DNA of 64,000 bases from NCBI RefSeq assembly GCF_000007005.1, contig NC_002754.1; one strand, given 5' to 3'. Under the pieces are notes generated by a model. That model saw only the letters and a program-made list of their open reading frames with translations. It had not been told where the DNA came from and did not search any database. This DNA is from Saccharolobus solfataricus P2 (GTDB lineage: Archaea; Thermoproteota; Thermoprotei_A; Sulfolobales; Sulfolobaceae). This document shows, one piece after another, positions 20,416 to 29,808 of this stretch; the first letter of the stretch is position 1, and every line of letters begins with the position of its first letter. Both the position numbers and the translations under genes were made by a program.

Positions 20416-22404
20416 TTATATCGAGAAGAATTTCAAGATTATCGGTTCTATTACGCTGAAGAAGTGTATTGAGAGCACTGCTAGGGTTAATCCAATTGCT
20501 GGCATTATCATGTATTGTACAGTGCCATATAGTGCTTTAGTTACCAGTAATCCTATGGCAAAAGTTGACATTAAAATGAATATGAACATTTCAGCAAGTA
20601 TCACCGGAGATAAAATAAATTGACTAATGATGTTTGGGAATTGTGGTAAACCTACGGTATTTGTCGGTAAAGTTACTATTGTGAATGAGTCAATAATCAC
20701 AATAGCTATAAGTATTGTAGCTATTAGAAGGAGTGGTGTTAGAATTCCTAAAACTTGATAAGCTCTCATTCTTGAGAATGCCTCCTTCTTTGATTGTATA
20801 AAATTAAGTGTAAATTCAGTTAAATACTCCAGTAGATCTGGTCTTACAGCACCGCTTTCTATTAGTATCTGGACAGTGGTAAGAGAGAACTTACCCAACC
20901 AGCTTCTAGTATTTATCTTAGCTCTAGTTATTGGAATCCCCATGGAATCTTGTTTTGTTATTTCATTTAGTACCCTATTAAACTCCCTTCTATATCTCTT
21001 TTCCTCGGCCAATGTCTTAATAGCCCTACTTAGATCGTAACCTATCTTTCTGAACTCTGTAATATCTCTTAGAAATTGCGGTAACGAGTTTTCAACATCG
21101 TTAATTTCTCTTATTTGGTTATACATGAATATTGTTGATGCTAGAGAGAACGATAAGAGCCCTAAACCAATTGCGTAATATATTTCATCAAGAAATATTT
21201 CGATTACCCCTGCTGTTAATAATGCAGCGATAAATCCTATTAGTAACTGTAACTTGGTGAGACCTATACTATCCATATATCTAGGTCTATTATTAGCTGT
21301 AATTGTATATAATATTGTACCAAATAATATAGGTATTATGAGCAAAAATGATATAACTGCACCACTTGTGAAGAAGGCTAATGCAATTAAGAACATGGGG
21401 AAAATAAGGAATAAGATCACTATTAACTCTCCTAGGAACGAAGTCCTTTCAGAGTAAAACCTCCAACGGAATTGGAGCCAATTGAGAAACTCTCTAGCCT
21501 TTTGGAACAAATATGCTTCAATATCGCCACCACTTCTTATGATCGAAGAATAGCCAGCTAAAAACCAAGAGTAATCTCTATTTAGTGTTAATCGAGATCT
21601 ATGCTCCAGAGCATCTAGCGGGGATTTTCCAAAGAATTCTATATCCCTTATAATGAGTAATGCCTCCTTTTTCATAGCTTTAAATATTGGAAATTGTAAA
21701 ATTTTTCTCATTCCCTCATATATGGTTGTACCACTTGCATTAATGATAGTGATTAGAGTCACAAAGAAAGGTATCTCATCTTGAATATCGTCTCTTATTT
21801 CTCTAGCCCTACTCTTGTATTTCTGTTCTGGATAAAAGATAAAAGTTAACGGAAAAAATATTAATAGAAATGGTAGAGGAGAGAGTAATGCTATACTAAG
21901 TGCTAATGATACCGGTATTACGACAAGTAATGAGACTAAAAAATATGCAACGTATCTAACGCCAACCTCAGTAGGACTTTCCAAATCAGCACTCGCGTTA
22001 ATATATCTCTTACTACGCTCACTTATCCAATTTGCTATGATACCTAATCTACTACTTGTAATTATCCTAGACCTTAGAATGGTTGATAATGGAACGCCCT
22101 CTTCATATTCACTCCTTATTCGCGTCAAATTTATTGTAAAGCTTATACTTAAAATAACTATTCCTCCAATAAATAGGCCTAGAAGTAATGCTTGAAGAAC
22201 GAATATAAAACCCAACGCATCCCCAAGTGCTACCGAAGGGTTACTCACGATATATTGGAAAAAACTAGAAAGCACATATAGGAGACGTTCTCTAAATATT
22301 GTAATAATTAAGTTTAGTAAGCCTGATAGTAAAACTAGAAATAAGAAATCGTATGAGATTATACTAGCTAATTTAACTCTTCTCTCAGTCACTCTTATCA
22401 CCAT
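20416..22404 (-). CDS. basF: type II secretion/pilus membrane platform protein BasF
   Basis: two T2SSF-like domains (ELPFF-type DEIPFF; ENSLPQFLRDI), multi-TM; follows the ATPase. Confidence 0.85.
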   Translation of the reverse strand: MVIRVTERRVKLASIISYDFLFLVLLSGLLNLIITIFRERLLYVLSSFFQYIVSNPSVALGDALGFIFVLQALLLGLFIGGIVILSISFTINLTRIRSEYEEGVPLSTILRSRIITSSRLGIIANWISERSKRYINASADLESPTEVGVRYVAYFLVSLLVVIPVSLALSIALLSPLPFLLIFFPLTFIFYPEQKYKSRAREIRDDIQDEIPFFVTLITIINASGTTIYEGMRKILQFPIFKAMKKEALLIIRDIEFFGKSPLDALEHRSRLTLNRDYSWFLAGYSSIIRSGGDIEAYLFQKAREFLNWLQFRWRFYSERTSFLGELIVILFLIFPMFLIALAFFTSGAVISFLLIIPILFGTILYTITANNRPRYMDSIGLTKLQLLIGFIAALLTAGVIEIFLDEIYYAIGLGLLSFSLASTIFMYNQIREINDVENSLPQFLRDITEFRKIGYDLSRAIKTLAEEKRYRREFNRVLNEITKQDSMGIPITRAKINTRSWLGKFSLTTVQILIESGAVRPDLLEYLTEFTLNFIQSKKEAFSRMRAYQVLGILTPLLLIATILIAIVIIDSFTIVTLPTNTVGLPQFPNIISQFILSPVILAEMFIFILMSTFAIGLLVTKALYGTVQYMIMPAIGLTLAVLSIHFFSVIEPIILKFFSI

Positions 22405-23932
22405 TTGTATAATACTTGACTAACTCTCTTGCTAATGTGTCATAGTCATAAACTCCCTTTTCGGCAAGCCCTCTTATTAGTAGTAATCTGTTTTCAATCT
22501 CCCTATACAACTTATCCCTACTCCAGCCTAATAGTTCTCTAGATCTTTCTAGCTGTATACTAGTAATTTCTTTTAAATTATCTGGAACAAAGTTCTTTCT
22601 TTCATAGTCATATCTAAATACTTCCCTAAATCCATTTCCATCATTTTCGACGATAGATATCATTTTCCTATTCATCTTTCTATCCTCAGTTTCAATTCTT
22701 TTTATGATTGCGATTACTGAAATTAGTTGTTTGAATTGTAATGAGAGCTCTGGACCTAATAATCCGCTAATTCTTGTTATTAGGTCAGTATGATTAGATC
22801 CGTGAAAGGTTGTAAGTCCACCATGACCACTGGCGACAGCTTGAACTAACCATTCTATTTCCTTACCTCTAACTTCCCCCACTATAATGTAATCTGGTCT
22901 GTATCTTAAGGAAAGTCTGACTAGCTCATAATAACTGATATCCTTACTTCCTTCATAGTTTGATGGCCTAGTATAGAATTGTATCCAATATTTATGTGGC
23001 AATTTTAGTTCTGGTGTATCCTCAATAGTTAAATATTTCGCTAACGGATTAAGTAGCATCAATAATGCGTTCAATGCCGTAGTCTTTCCACTACCAGTAG
23101 GGCCTACGAGAAATGTAAATAACTTAGCTTCTGCAATTATCCACAAGTAAACTGCCATTAAATCGCTTAATGTCCCATACTTATATATCAAATCAATTAT
23201 CGTTAGAGGTTTTTCAGGGAATTTTCTTATATTAAATGTCGTTCCCCTACTTATTTCTTCACCGTAACTCACAGCGACCCTATGTCCCTCCGGTAACATG
23301 AAATCTTGTAGTGGTGTAGCTGTACTTACACTTCTCCCACCTAGCGATGCCAGCCTCTCTACTAATCTCCTTACCTTTAATTCGCTCCCTAAAACGATGT
23401 TAGTCTCCAATCTAGGCCATTCACTATGTCTACTATGTACTACTGAAATTGGTGTAGTCGGAGATACTAGTTCTATCTCTTCGACGAAAGGATCACTCAT
23501 TGGTGCTTGTAATATCGAATATTTTATTTCTCTAGTGATATAGTACATATACTTCTTTAAGTTTCTCTTCACGTCGCCTATTACTCCTAATTTGGCTGAA
23601 ATTTTTAATACATCTTCTTGTAGCTTTTCTAAGTCAATTTGTTTGTTCGATACGGCGGTTGATGCGGAGTATATCAAGCCATCGAGTATTGCTAATAAGA
23701 TTTTGTTTTCTCTCTGATCAAGTTGTGGTTCATTTACTAAGTAGAAGCCAATTCCATCCTTTTCGGCAATGTAAATTTCAACGTCAAAGCTATTTAGTGT
23801 ATAATGCTCTACGATATTTCGGTTATCTAGGCTAGCTTTAAGGGATATTATTCCAGATTCATCAAGTGATTGAAGATAATAGGATAATTCTTCAAATTTA
23901 TTGTGTGATTTCTTTTTACCAATAAGTACCAT
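22385..23932 (-). CDS. basE: type II/IV secretion ATPase BasE (bindosome assembly)
   Basis: GPTGSGKTT, IEDTPE, LRYRPDYIIVGEVRG, TTFH. Confidence 0.9.
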   Translation of the reverse strand: MVLIGKKKSHNKFEELSYYLQSLDESGIISLKASLDNRNIVEHYTLNSFDVEIYIAEKDGIGFYLVNEPQLDQRENKILLAILDGLIYSASTAVSNKQIDLEKLQEDVLKISAKLGVIGDVKRNLKKYMYYITREIKYSILQAPMSDPFVEEIELVSPTTPISVVHSRHSEWPRLETNIVLGSELKVRRLVERLASLGGRSVSTATPLQDFMLPEGHRVAVSYGEEISRGTTFNIRKFPEKPLTIIDLIYKYGTLSDLMAVYLWIIAEAKLFTFLVGPTGSGKTTALNALLMLLNPLAKYLTIEDTPELKLPHKYWIQFYTRPSNYEGSKDISYYELVRLSLRYRPDYIIVGEVRGKEIEWLVQAVASGHGGLTTFHGSNHTDLITRISGLLGPELSLQFKQLISVIAIIKRIETEDRKMNRKMISIVENDGNGFREVFRYDYERKNFVPDNLKEITSIQLERSRELLGWSRDKLYREIENRLLLIRGLAEKGVYDYDTLARELVKYYTNGDKSD

Positions 23933-23974
23933 ATACCTATTTAAAAAAATAAAAATAAAATACTTTATTGTTAC

Positions 23975-24394
23975 TTATTGGTCGATAACTTCCACTGATG
24001 TAGCATAGGTTTGCCCATTATCGTACTTAACAAGCACAGTAATAACATAATTATTGCCTTCTATTGCTTTAGGTACAGCTAGTGTAAAGGCATAAGAGTG
24101 ACCGGGTGGTATATTTAAACTGGAATTGGTAAAGTTTGATATAACCGTAGCGTTATTTTGAGGACGCACTTGAATTGTTATGCTGGTTATATTACTAGCT
24201 CCTTGATTAATCAAATCCCCAGTTAAAATTCCTCCGACCATCTGGACATTACTTATACTTAATCCAGTAGTGATCATACTATGCCTAAGCACGCCGAAGA
24301 AGTAATAACTGATTAGGCTAACTGCTGCAATTGCTACTAATATTAGTAATACGGTAACTAAAGCATTCTCTAAACCCTTTCTATATTTTTGCAT
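23975..24394 (-). CDS. archaeal type IV pilin-like protein (one of basABC)
   Basis: class III signal RKG/LENALVTVLL. Confidence 0.85.
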   Translation of the reverse strand: MQKYRKGLENALVTVLLILVAIAAVSLISYYFFGVLRHSMITTGLSISNVQMVGGILTGDLINQGASNITSITIQVRPQNNATVISNFTNSSLNIPPGHSYAFTLAVPKAIEGNNYVITVLVKYDNGQTYATSVEVIDQ

Positions 24395-24421
24395 ACAGAT
24401 ATTTCTCTTATTTCTCCTTTT

Positions 24422-24811
24422 TTACTTTTTCCCAGAAGATGGCGCAATATAGAAACTATTTCCATACGATGTTACAATAACGTATCCGTTAGCAGTCTTA
24501 ACGTGTATTATAACGTTGGAATTGGGTGGTATTACAATGTTTTCCGGTACAATTGTCACATTGGTCTTATTTATTAATAATATAGCAACAATTGTAGTCA
24601 CTACTGATCCAGCGTTATATATTGACAAGGAACTATTTACATATCCTATTAGTAAATTCTCTTTAGCCTTATTTGCAAGTATTTGGGAAACTTGTATATA
24701 TTCCTTCTGTAAGTTTTCATACGAGACGCTGATATATAGTATTAAGCCTATTGTTGCAATTATCAAGAAGAAGATTACTACCATTGCAATTACTGAAGCT
24801 TGTCCCTTCAT
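24422..24811 (-). CDS. archaeal type IV pilin-like protein (one of basABC)
   Basis: class III signal MKG/QASVIAMV; C-terminal IVTSYGN. Confidence 0.85.
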   Translation of the reverse strand: MKGQASVIAMVVIFFLIIATIGLILYISVSYENLQKEYIQVSQILANKAKENLLIGYVNSSLSIYNAGSVVTTIVAILLINKTNVTIVPENIVIPPNSNVIIHVKTANGYVIVTSYGNSFYIAPSSGKK

Positions 24812-24814
24812 TTT

Positions 24815-25225
24815 CTAAGCCTCCAACTGTATCAAGTTATTATTGGAAGTTTGTATTATTATATTGGTAGTGTTATCGTAGACTTCAATCACGTAAACTA
24901 CTTTCGGATACAATATCTTAATTTGGGTATTCGTATTATTATATATTATAAATTTTACAATAGTATGATTAACGTAAATATTAGTGATATTTATCGGTAA
25001 ATTTCCAATATTTTCAACATAAAAATACGAATGATTATTTATTTGATGGTAATATACTACACTCAAAATTTGGCCACTATCAATATAGTAATTTTTAAGT
25101 TCTTGATACAAACCATATTGATTTGCGTTAACTATGTGTAGATAGTAGATAGTAACGATTGCAATTGCAATTAATGTAACTAAAATAAGAAATACTACAG
25201 TTATAGCCTCAGAAATACCTCTCAT
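24815..25225 (-). CDS. archaeal type IV pilin-like protein (one of basABC)
   Basis: class III signal MRG/ISEAITVV; ENIGN motif. Confidence 0.85.
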   Translation of the reverse strand: MRGISEAITVVFLILVTLIAIAIVTIYYLHIVNANQYGLYQELKNYYIDSGQILSVVYYHQINNHSYFYVENIGNLPINITNIYVNHTIVKFIIYNNTNTQIKILYPKVVYVIEVYDNTTNIIIQTSNNNLIQLEA

Positions 25226-25315
25226 TAACAGTCACTTATAATAAAGTAATGATTTACCTTATTTATAACGATTTCTCAAGGTATTAATAAAATTAAAATT
25301 TTTACTTTCCACAAA

Positions 25316-26086
25316 TTAGCTGATGTCTCTTACCATTAAATAGGTTAAAATTGAAGTATAAGGTATGGCGAATATATTTACTATTGGTATTAAGCTAAGT
25401 AACGATCCGATTAGTATAACTACTGCCCCGCCAGCATCTACACCAAACGCCCTTGAATACCAGTTTATTGTTTCAGACAAGCTCATTGGTCTATTTAAGA
25501 TTGTTGCAGCTGAAACTATATATAGTAAGACTCCAACGAGTCCCATTATTATCCAGCCTAACCCTAGGGATCTGCTTAACCCTAATAGTATTCCTAATAC
25601 TATTAGAATAGCAATTATAGGATATAATCTACTTAAGGTGTTCCTAGCATTTGTAAAAGCGTTATTCAAATTGAGTTGAGCTCCCATAACTGCATCTCTA
25701 GCCATGTAAGTGGTTGTATGAACTGTTATGCTGAAAATAATCGCATCTACAATCCCTATAATTATACTAAATATTAGAGCTGTAACTGTAAAGGCTACTG
25801 GTGAAATCAAACTTATTCCAGCAGTTATTGCACCGAAAAGCGCTAATAATATAACCTCTATTATTAACATTATTATCGGCGGAAATATAATTGAGAGGTT
25901 CTTTGTAAGGATATTGAACGAAGTAGATAGCCTATCTGGCTGTAAGGGATTAGGAGACGTAGGTGAAGGTGTTGAGGGAGGGTTCGTAGATATTATCGGC
26001 TGGTATTGAAGAGGATACCCACATTTACTGCAATAATTCGCGTCATCTGGATTAATATACCCGCACTTCGGACATTGTTTTGGCAT
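25316..26086 (-). CDS. zinc-ribbon + Pro-rich linker + membrane domain protein
   Basis: CPKC...CSKC double zinc ribbon, PPSTPSP linker, 5-6 TM. Confidence 0.8.
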   Translation of the reverse strand: MPKQCPKCGYINPDDANYCSKCGYPLQYQPIISTNPPSTPSPTSPNPLQPDRLSTSFNILTKNLSIIFPPIIMLIIEVILLALFGAITAGISLISPVAFTVTALIFSIIIGIVDAIIFSITVHTTTYMARDAVMGAQLNLNNAFTNARNTLSRLYPIIAILIVLGILLGLSRSLGLGWIIMGLVGVLLYIVSAATILNRPMSLSETINWYSRAFGVDAGGAVVILIGSLLSLIPIVNIFAIPYTSILTYLMVRDIS

Positions 26087-26213
26087 TTGTAAGATAATTC
26101 TCTTCCCAGTTTATATCAGTTATGCGCCCGGCCATTCACCAATCATAATGGCGAAAAATCGCCATTCTCTTCATCCTATAAAAACTAAAAACTTCTTCCT
26201 TATATATAATCTT

Positions 26214-26459
26214 GTGAAAATTAAGGATGCGATAAATAGGGTTAGATGGAAATATAAGGAGAAGATTGACGATTACGTCATTGTGATAAAGGATAAGTTA
26301 ACTGAGACTGGACTAAAAGAGATCCCCTTTACGGATATTTATACTGTAGATAACAATTATTTGTATCTTAAAGGAGAAGATACTATAATTCCACTCCATA
26401 GGGTACTTATGATTAGGAGAAAAAGTGATGATGCGTTGATTTGGAAACGTGGAGATTAA
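26214..26459 (+). CDS. DUF504/UPF0248 (MJ1316-like RNA-end recognition) protein
   Basis: I...RW N-terminus and IPLHRV motif; GTG start 26214 downstream of a TATA box. Confidence 0.7.
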   Translation: MKIKDAINRVRWKYKEKIDDYVIVIKDKLTETGLKEIPFTDIYTVDNNYLYLKGEDTIIPLHRVLMIRRKSDDALIWKRGD

Positions 26460-26519
26460 GCTTTTTAACGTCTAATTATTGAATAAAGTTTTTATTGATC
26501 TTTTCATAAACATATATTT

Positions 26520-26771
26520 ATGAGCAGTAGGAAAATTATACCCACTAAGCTACCAGTAATTGGTAATGAAGACATTCTTCCGCTTTTACCTCGAGTTTCG
26601 TTATCAGAATACGACGAGGTCATGTTAAGATGTAAAGCGTGTAATCAAATATTACCAATTTCTAAAGCTCTAAATCACCAATTAATGCATAAAGAGAAGG
26701 GAGAGGATGCTTGCTTCATAGTTGAGATGAGTAAACCTAAGCACATATGGTACTCTAATGAGATAATTTAA
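26520..26771 (+). CDS. small C2H2-type zinc-finger protein
   Basis: CKAC-x11-HQLMH; own AT-rich promoter. Confidence 0.55.
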   Translation: MSSRKIIPTKLPVIGNEDILPLLPRVSLSEYDEVMLRCKACNQILPISKALNHQLMHKEKGEDACFIVEMSKPKHIWYSNEII

Positions 26772-27102
26772 CTTGACCTTTCTCCTCTGCTAGAACATCA
26801 CAAGATAAGATAGATTGGCTGTATTTTTTGACATGATTTATGGATAGTTTTATTAGTTCAATTATTTCCGGTGTTGATATTGAATAGTACGAAAACTTAC
26901 CATCCTTTCTAACCTTAACTATTCCGCAATTTCTCAGACAAGCCATATGATGAGATATTAAAGATTGCGATTTCCCCAGCGATTTGCTTATTTCATCTAC
27001 AGTAGCTTGTCCCTTGTCTAATAGAAAGAGCACTATTCTCAATCTCGTCCCATCTGCTAGGGCAGAGAATAGTGATTCCAATTCATTTGTAAGAGGCTCC
27101 AC
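26755..27102 (-). CDS. merR: ArsR/SmtB-family mercury-responsive regulator MerR
   Basis: ALADGTRLRI, SQSLISHH.ACL wHTH; divergent from merHA. Confidence 0.88.
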   Translation of the reverse strand: MEPLTNELESLFSALADGTRLRIVLFLLDKGQATVDEISKSLGKSQSLISHHMACLRNCGIVKVRKDGKFSYYSISTPEIIELIKLSINHVKKYSQSILSCDVLAEEKGQVKLSH

Positions 27103-27132
27103 ACTTTTATAATGTCAATAGGTGAAAATAAG

Positions 27133-27163
27133 TCTTTCTATGAACATATGTTCATATGAAAGA
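27133..27163. promoter_or_regulatory. mer operator (merO) palindrome
   Basis: TCTTTC-T-ATGAACAT|ATGTTCAT-AT-GAAAGA; perfect 16-bp core directly upstream of TATA box TTTTTATA. Confidence 0.9.
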
Positions 27164-27204
27164 TTTTTATATTAGTTGATAAGAATCATAAATAGGTGAA
27201 CTAG

Positions 27205-27387
27205 ATGGTTAATCTAAGGTTAAATTTGAAACAAGACGAGTTAAAATGCGAGAACTGCGGCGTTAAACTATCCGAAGATGAAATATATGTAAGGGAAATC
27301 AATGGTAAAGAACATTACTTCTGTTGCTCTCATTGTGCCGATAAATATGAGGCAAGATTTAAGGAAGGAGTATCATCGTGTTGCTAG
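27205..27387 (+). CDS. merH: TRASH-domain mercury chaperone MerH
   Basis: CENC...YFCCSHC plus C-terminal CC. Confidence 0.88.
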   Translation: MVNLRLNLKQDELKCENCGVKLSEDEIYVREINGKEHYFCCSHCADKYEARFKEGVSSCC

Positions 27388-27400
27388 AGAGGGATAGATA

Positions 27401-28762
27401 GTGGAAGATCTGGTGATCATAGGATACGGCGCAGCTGGATTTGCGGCGTTAATTAGGGCAAATGAACTCGGAATAAAGCCAGTGGTTGTAGGTTATGGAG
27501 AAATAGGCGGAACTTGCGTTAATGTAGGATGTGTTCCATCGAAGAGAATGTTGAGAATAGGTGAATTGTACAATTACTCTTCAAAAGTAATAGGAAAAAA
27601 GTTGTTTCCAGAATTTTTCCAAGCCTTTCAAGACAAGGCTGAAATCGTAAATTCCCTGCGAAAGGAAAAATACGAGGATGTGATAAATTCATATGATATC
27701 AAATTAAAAATTGGTAAAGCATATTTTACTTCACCTAATGCAGTTAAAGTAAATGGTGAGATAATAGAGGCTAAAAAGTTTATAATAGCCACAGGCTCTT
27801 CTCCCAATATACCTAACATAAAGGGTTTAACTGAAGTTGGATTTTGGACTAATGTGGAAGCCTTATCACCAGACAAGACAATATCATCCTTGGCTATTAT
27901 AGGCGGAAGGGCATTGGCGTTAGAGTTCGCACAAATGTATAAGAGACTAGGAGTTGATACTACAATTCTTCAAAGGAGCGGAAGAATATTACCGGATTGG
28001 GAGCCTGAAATTTCCCTTTCCGTTAAAAACTATTTAGAGGAGAATGATAGTATTCCAATTTTTACAAATGTGAGAGTTAAGGAGGTTAGAAAAGGAAACG
28101 GGGGAAAGATAATAGTTACTGATAAGGGTGAAGTTGAGGCTGATGAAATTCTGTTAGCTACCGGAAGAAAGCCCAATGTAGATTTAAATTTAGATGCAGC
28201 AGGAATCGAATTAAACGATAAGGGAGGCATAAAAGTTAATGAAGAACTAAGAACCTCAAATCCTAATGTATTTGCCGCAGGAGATGTAATTGGCGGTCCT
28301 ATGTTGGAAGCTCTAGCTGGCAGACAAGGTTCAATTGCGGCAGAGAACGCAATAATGAATGTGCATAGAAAGATTGATATGTTAAGTGTACCTCAAGTTG
28401 TGTTTATAGAGCCGAATGTAGCTAAAGTTGGTCTCACTGCACTTGAAGCAGTAAAAGAAGGCTATGATATAGACCAAAGGGTAGTAAAAATGGATAATAT
28501 AGCTAAAGCGAGGATATTAAGGGAAAATTACGGATTAATAAAAATGGTTATAGATAAGAAGTTTAGGAACATTTTAGGTGTCCAGATGTTTGGTAAATAC
28601 GCAGCTGAAGTGATAAATGAGGCAGCATTAGCACTTAGATTTAGGGCTACAATAGATGACTTGATCGATACAATACATGTCTTTCCCACAATGGGAGAAA
28701 GTTTAAGAATAGCAGCGTTAGCTTTTACCGGTGACGTTAGTAAAATGAGTTGTTGTGTATAG
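27401..28762 (+). CDS. merA: mercuric reductase MerA
   Basis: GGTCVNVGCVPSK redox centre, C-terminal SCCV, FAD/NAD folds; no NmerA domain. Confidence 0.96.
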   Translation: MEDLVIIGYGAAGFAALIRANELGIKPVVVGYGEIGGTCVNVGCVPSKRMLRIGELYNYSSKVIGKKLFPEFFQAFQDKAEIVNSLRKEKYEDVINSYDIKLKIGKAYFTSPNAVKVNGEIIEAKKFIIATGSSPNIPNIKGLTEVGFWTNVEALSPDKTISSLAIIGGRALALEFAQMYKRLGVDTTILQRSGRILPDWEPEISLSVKNYLEENDSIPIFTNVRVKEVRKGNGGKIIVTDKGEVEADEILLATGRKPNVDLNLDAAGIELNDKGGIKVNEELRTSNPNVFAAGDVIGGPMLEALAGRQGSIAAENAIMNVHRKIDMLSVPQVVFIEPNVAKVGLTALEAVKEGYDIDQRVVKMDNIAKARILRENYGLIKMVIDKKFRNILGVQMFGKYAAEVINEAALALRFRATIDDLIDTIHVFPTMGESLRIAALAFTGDVSKMSCCV

Positions 28763-28902
28763 CTCGATTTCATTTCTTTTTATATAATTAGTTGTTCTAT
28801 TGGTTAAGCGATAAAGAAAAATTCTCTGTATAGTAACGCGCTTATTTCTATGAAAGTTATGAAGGTAAAAGTTTAAATACTATAAACAGTATAAATACCA
28901 CT

Positions 28903-29271
28903 ATGCAAGAAGTTAAGAGATTATATGAAGATGAGGAAGTCGAGGAGATAGCACTCCGTATAACTGATGAAGAGATAGAAGTTGTTGACCGCAGAGGAGT
29001 TATTAAGGGGAAAATTTCATCTAAACAACTGGCTAAGAAAGCTTTAGAGAAGAAAACTTTAAAGTTTAGAATTACAGAGGCTATTGACACAAAAATTACA
29101 AAAGAAGATGAGAAAGCTTTACCAAATTTAATTGAGTTATACTTCGACCCTCATCTGCTAATATATGGAAAAAAGGCTGAAGAAGTAAAAGGTTCCGGTT
29201 ACATATGCCCAATATGTGGAATTGAAATAGACGAATATGGCTATTGCGGCTGTGGTACTGGATCAAGTTAA
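28903..29271 (+). CDS. merI: mer-associated protein MerI
   Basis: directly after merA; C-terminal CPIC...CGC; symbol from recall of the S. solfataricus mer locus. Confidence 0.65.
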   Translation: MQEVKRLYEDEEVEEIALRITDEEIEVVDRRGVIKGKISSKQLAKKALEKKTLKFRITEAIDTKITKEDEKALPNLIELYFDPHLLIYGKKAEEVKGSGYICPICGIEIDEYGYCGCGTGSS

Positions 29272-29406
29272 TCTATATATTTTTTTCTTATACAAAATGA
29301 TCTATTTCTTTATATATGTCTTTTAAGTTTTCTTGTTATAAAGCACAATTGTTAAACATTGTTAATGATAAATAAAGTTTAAGTTGTAGAGAGAGAAAAA
29401 TAATCT

Positions 29407-29808
29407 ATGAAACTTAAAGATGTTTTCAATAATACTAGACCTATAAGAATTGCCCGACATACTAGTCTTTCCGAAGCATTAGAACGTATGGATAAACAAG
29501 GAGTCAAGTTTGCGCTTATAGTTGACGATAGTAAAGGAGAGGAGATCATAGGCATAGTAACTAGAAGTATAATTTTAAGTTCACTTGGGAAGGGGATCTC
29601 ACAAAATGAGCCGGTATCAAAGGTTATGATAAAAAACGTTATTACTATAAATGGAGAGGAGGATTTGATAGATACTTTTATGTTTATGATGAAGAATAAC
29701 ATCACTCACTTATTAGCAATTAATGAAAACGGGAAAATAATAGGTGTAGTTACCTTGAGAGATGTTCTTTCAGCCATAAATAAGGAATGTGAAAGAGATA
29801 TTGATTAG
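29407..29808 (+). CDS. CBS-domain pair protein
   Basis: two CBS repeats (IIGIVT, IIGVVT). Confidence 0.9.
   Translation: MKLKDVFNNTRPIRIARHTSLSEALERMDKQGVKFALIVDDSKGEEIIGIVTRSIILSSLGKGISQNEPVSKVMIKNVITINGEEDLIDTFMFMMKNNITHLLAINENGKIIGVVTLRDVLSAINKECERDID

Noticed and set aside
26755-28762. mer locus as a horizontally acquired mobile island
   Set aside because: No flanking repeats, integrase or compositional break seen; established chromosomal locus
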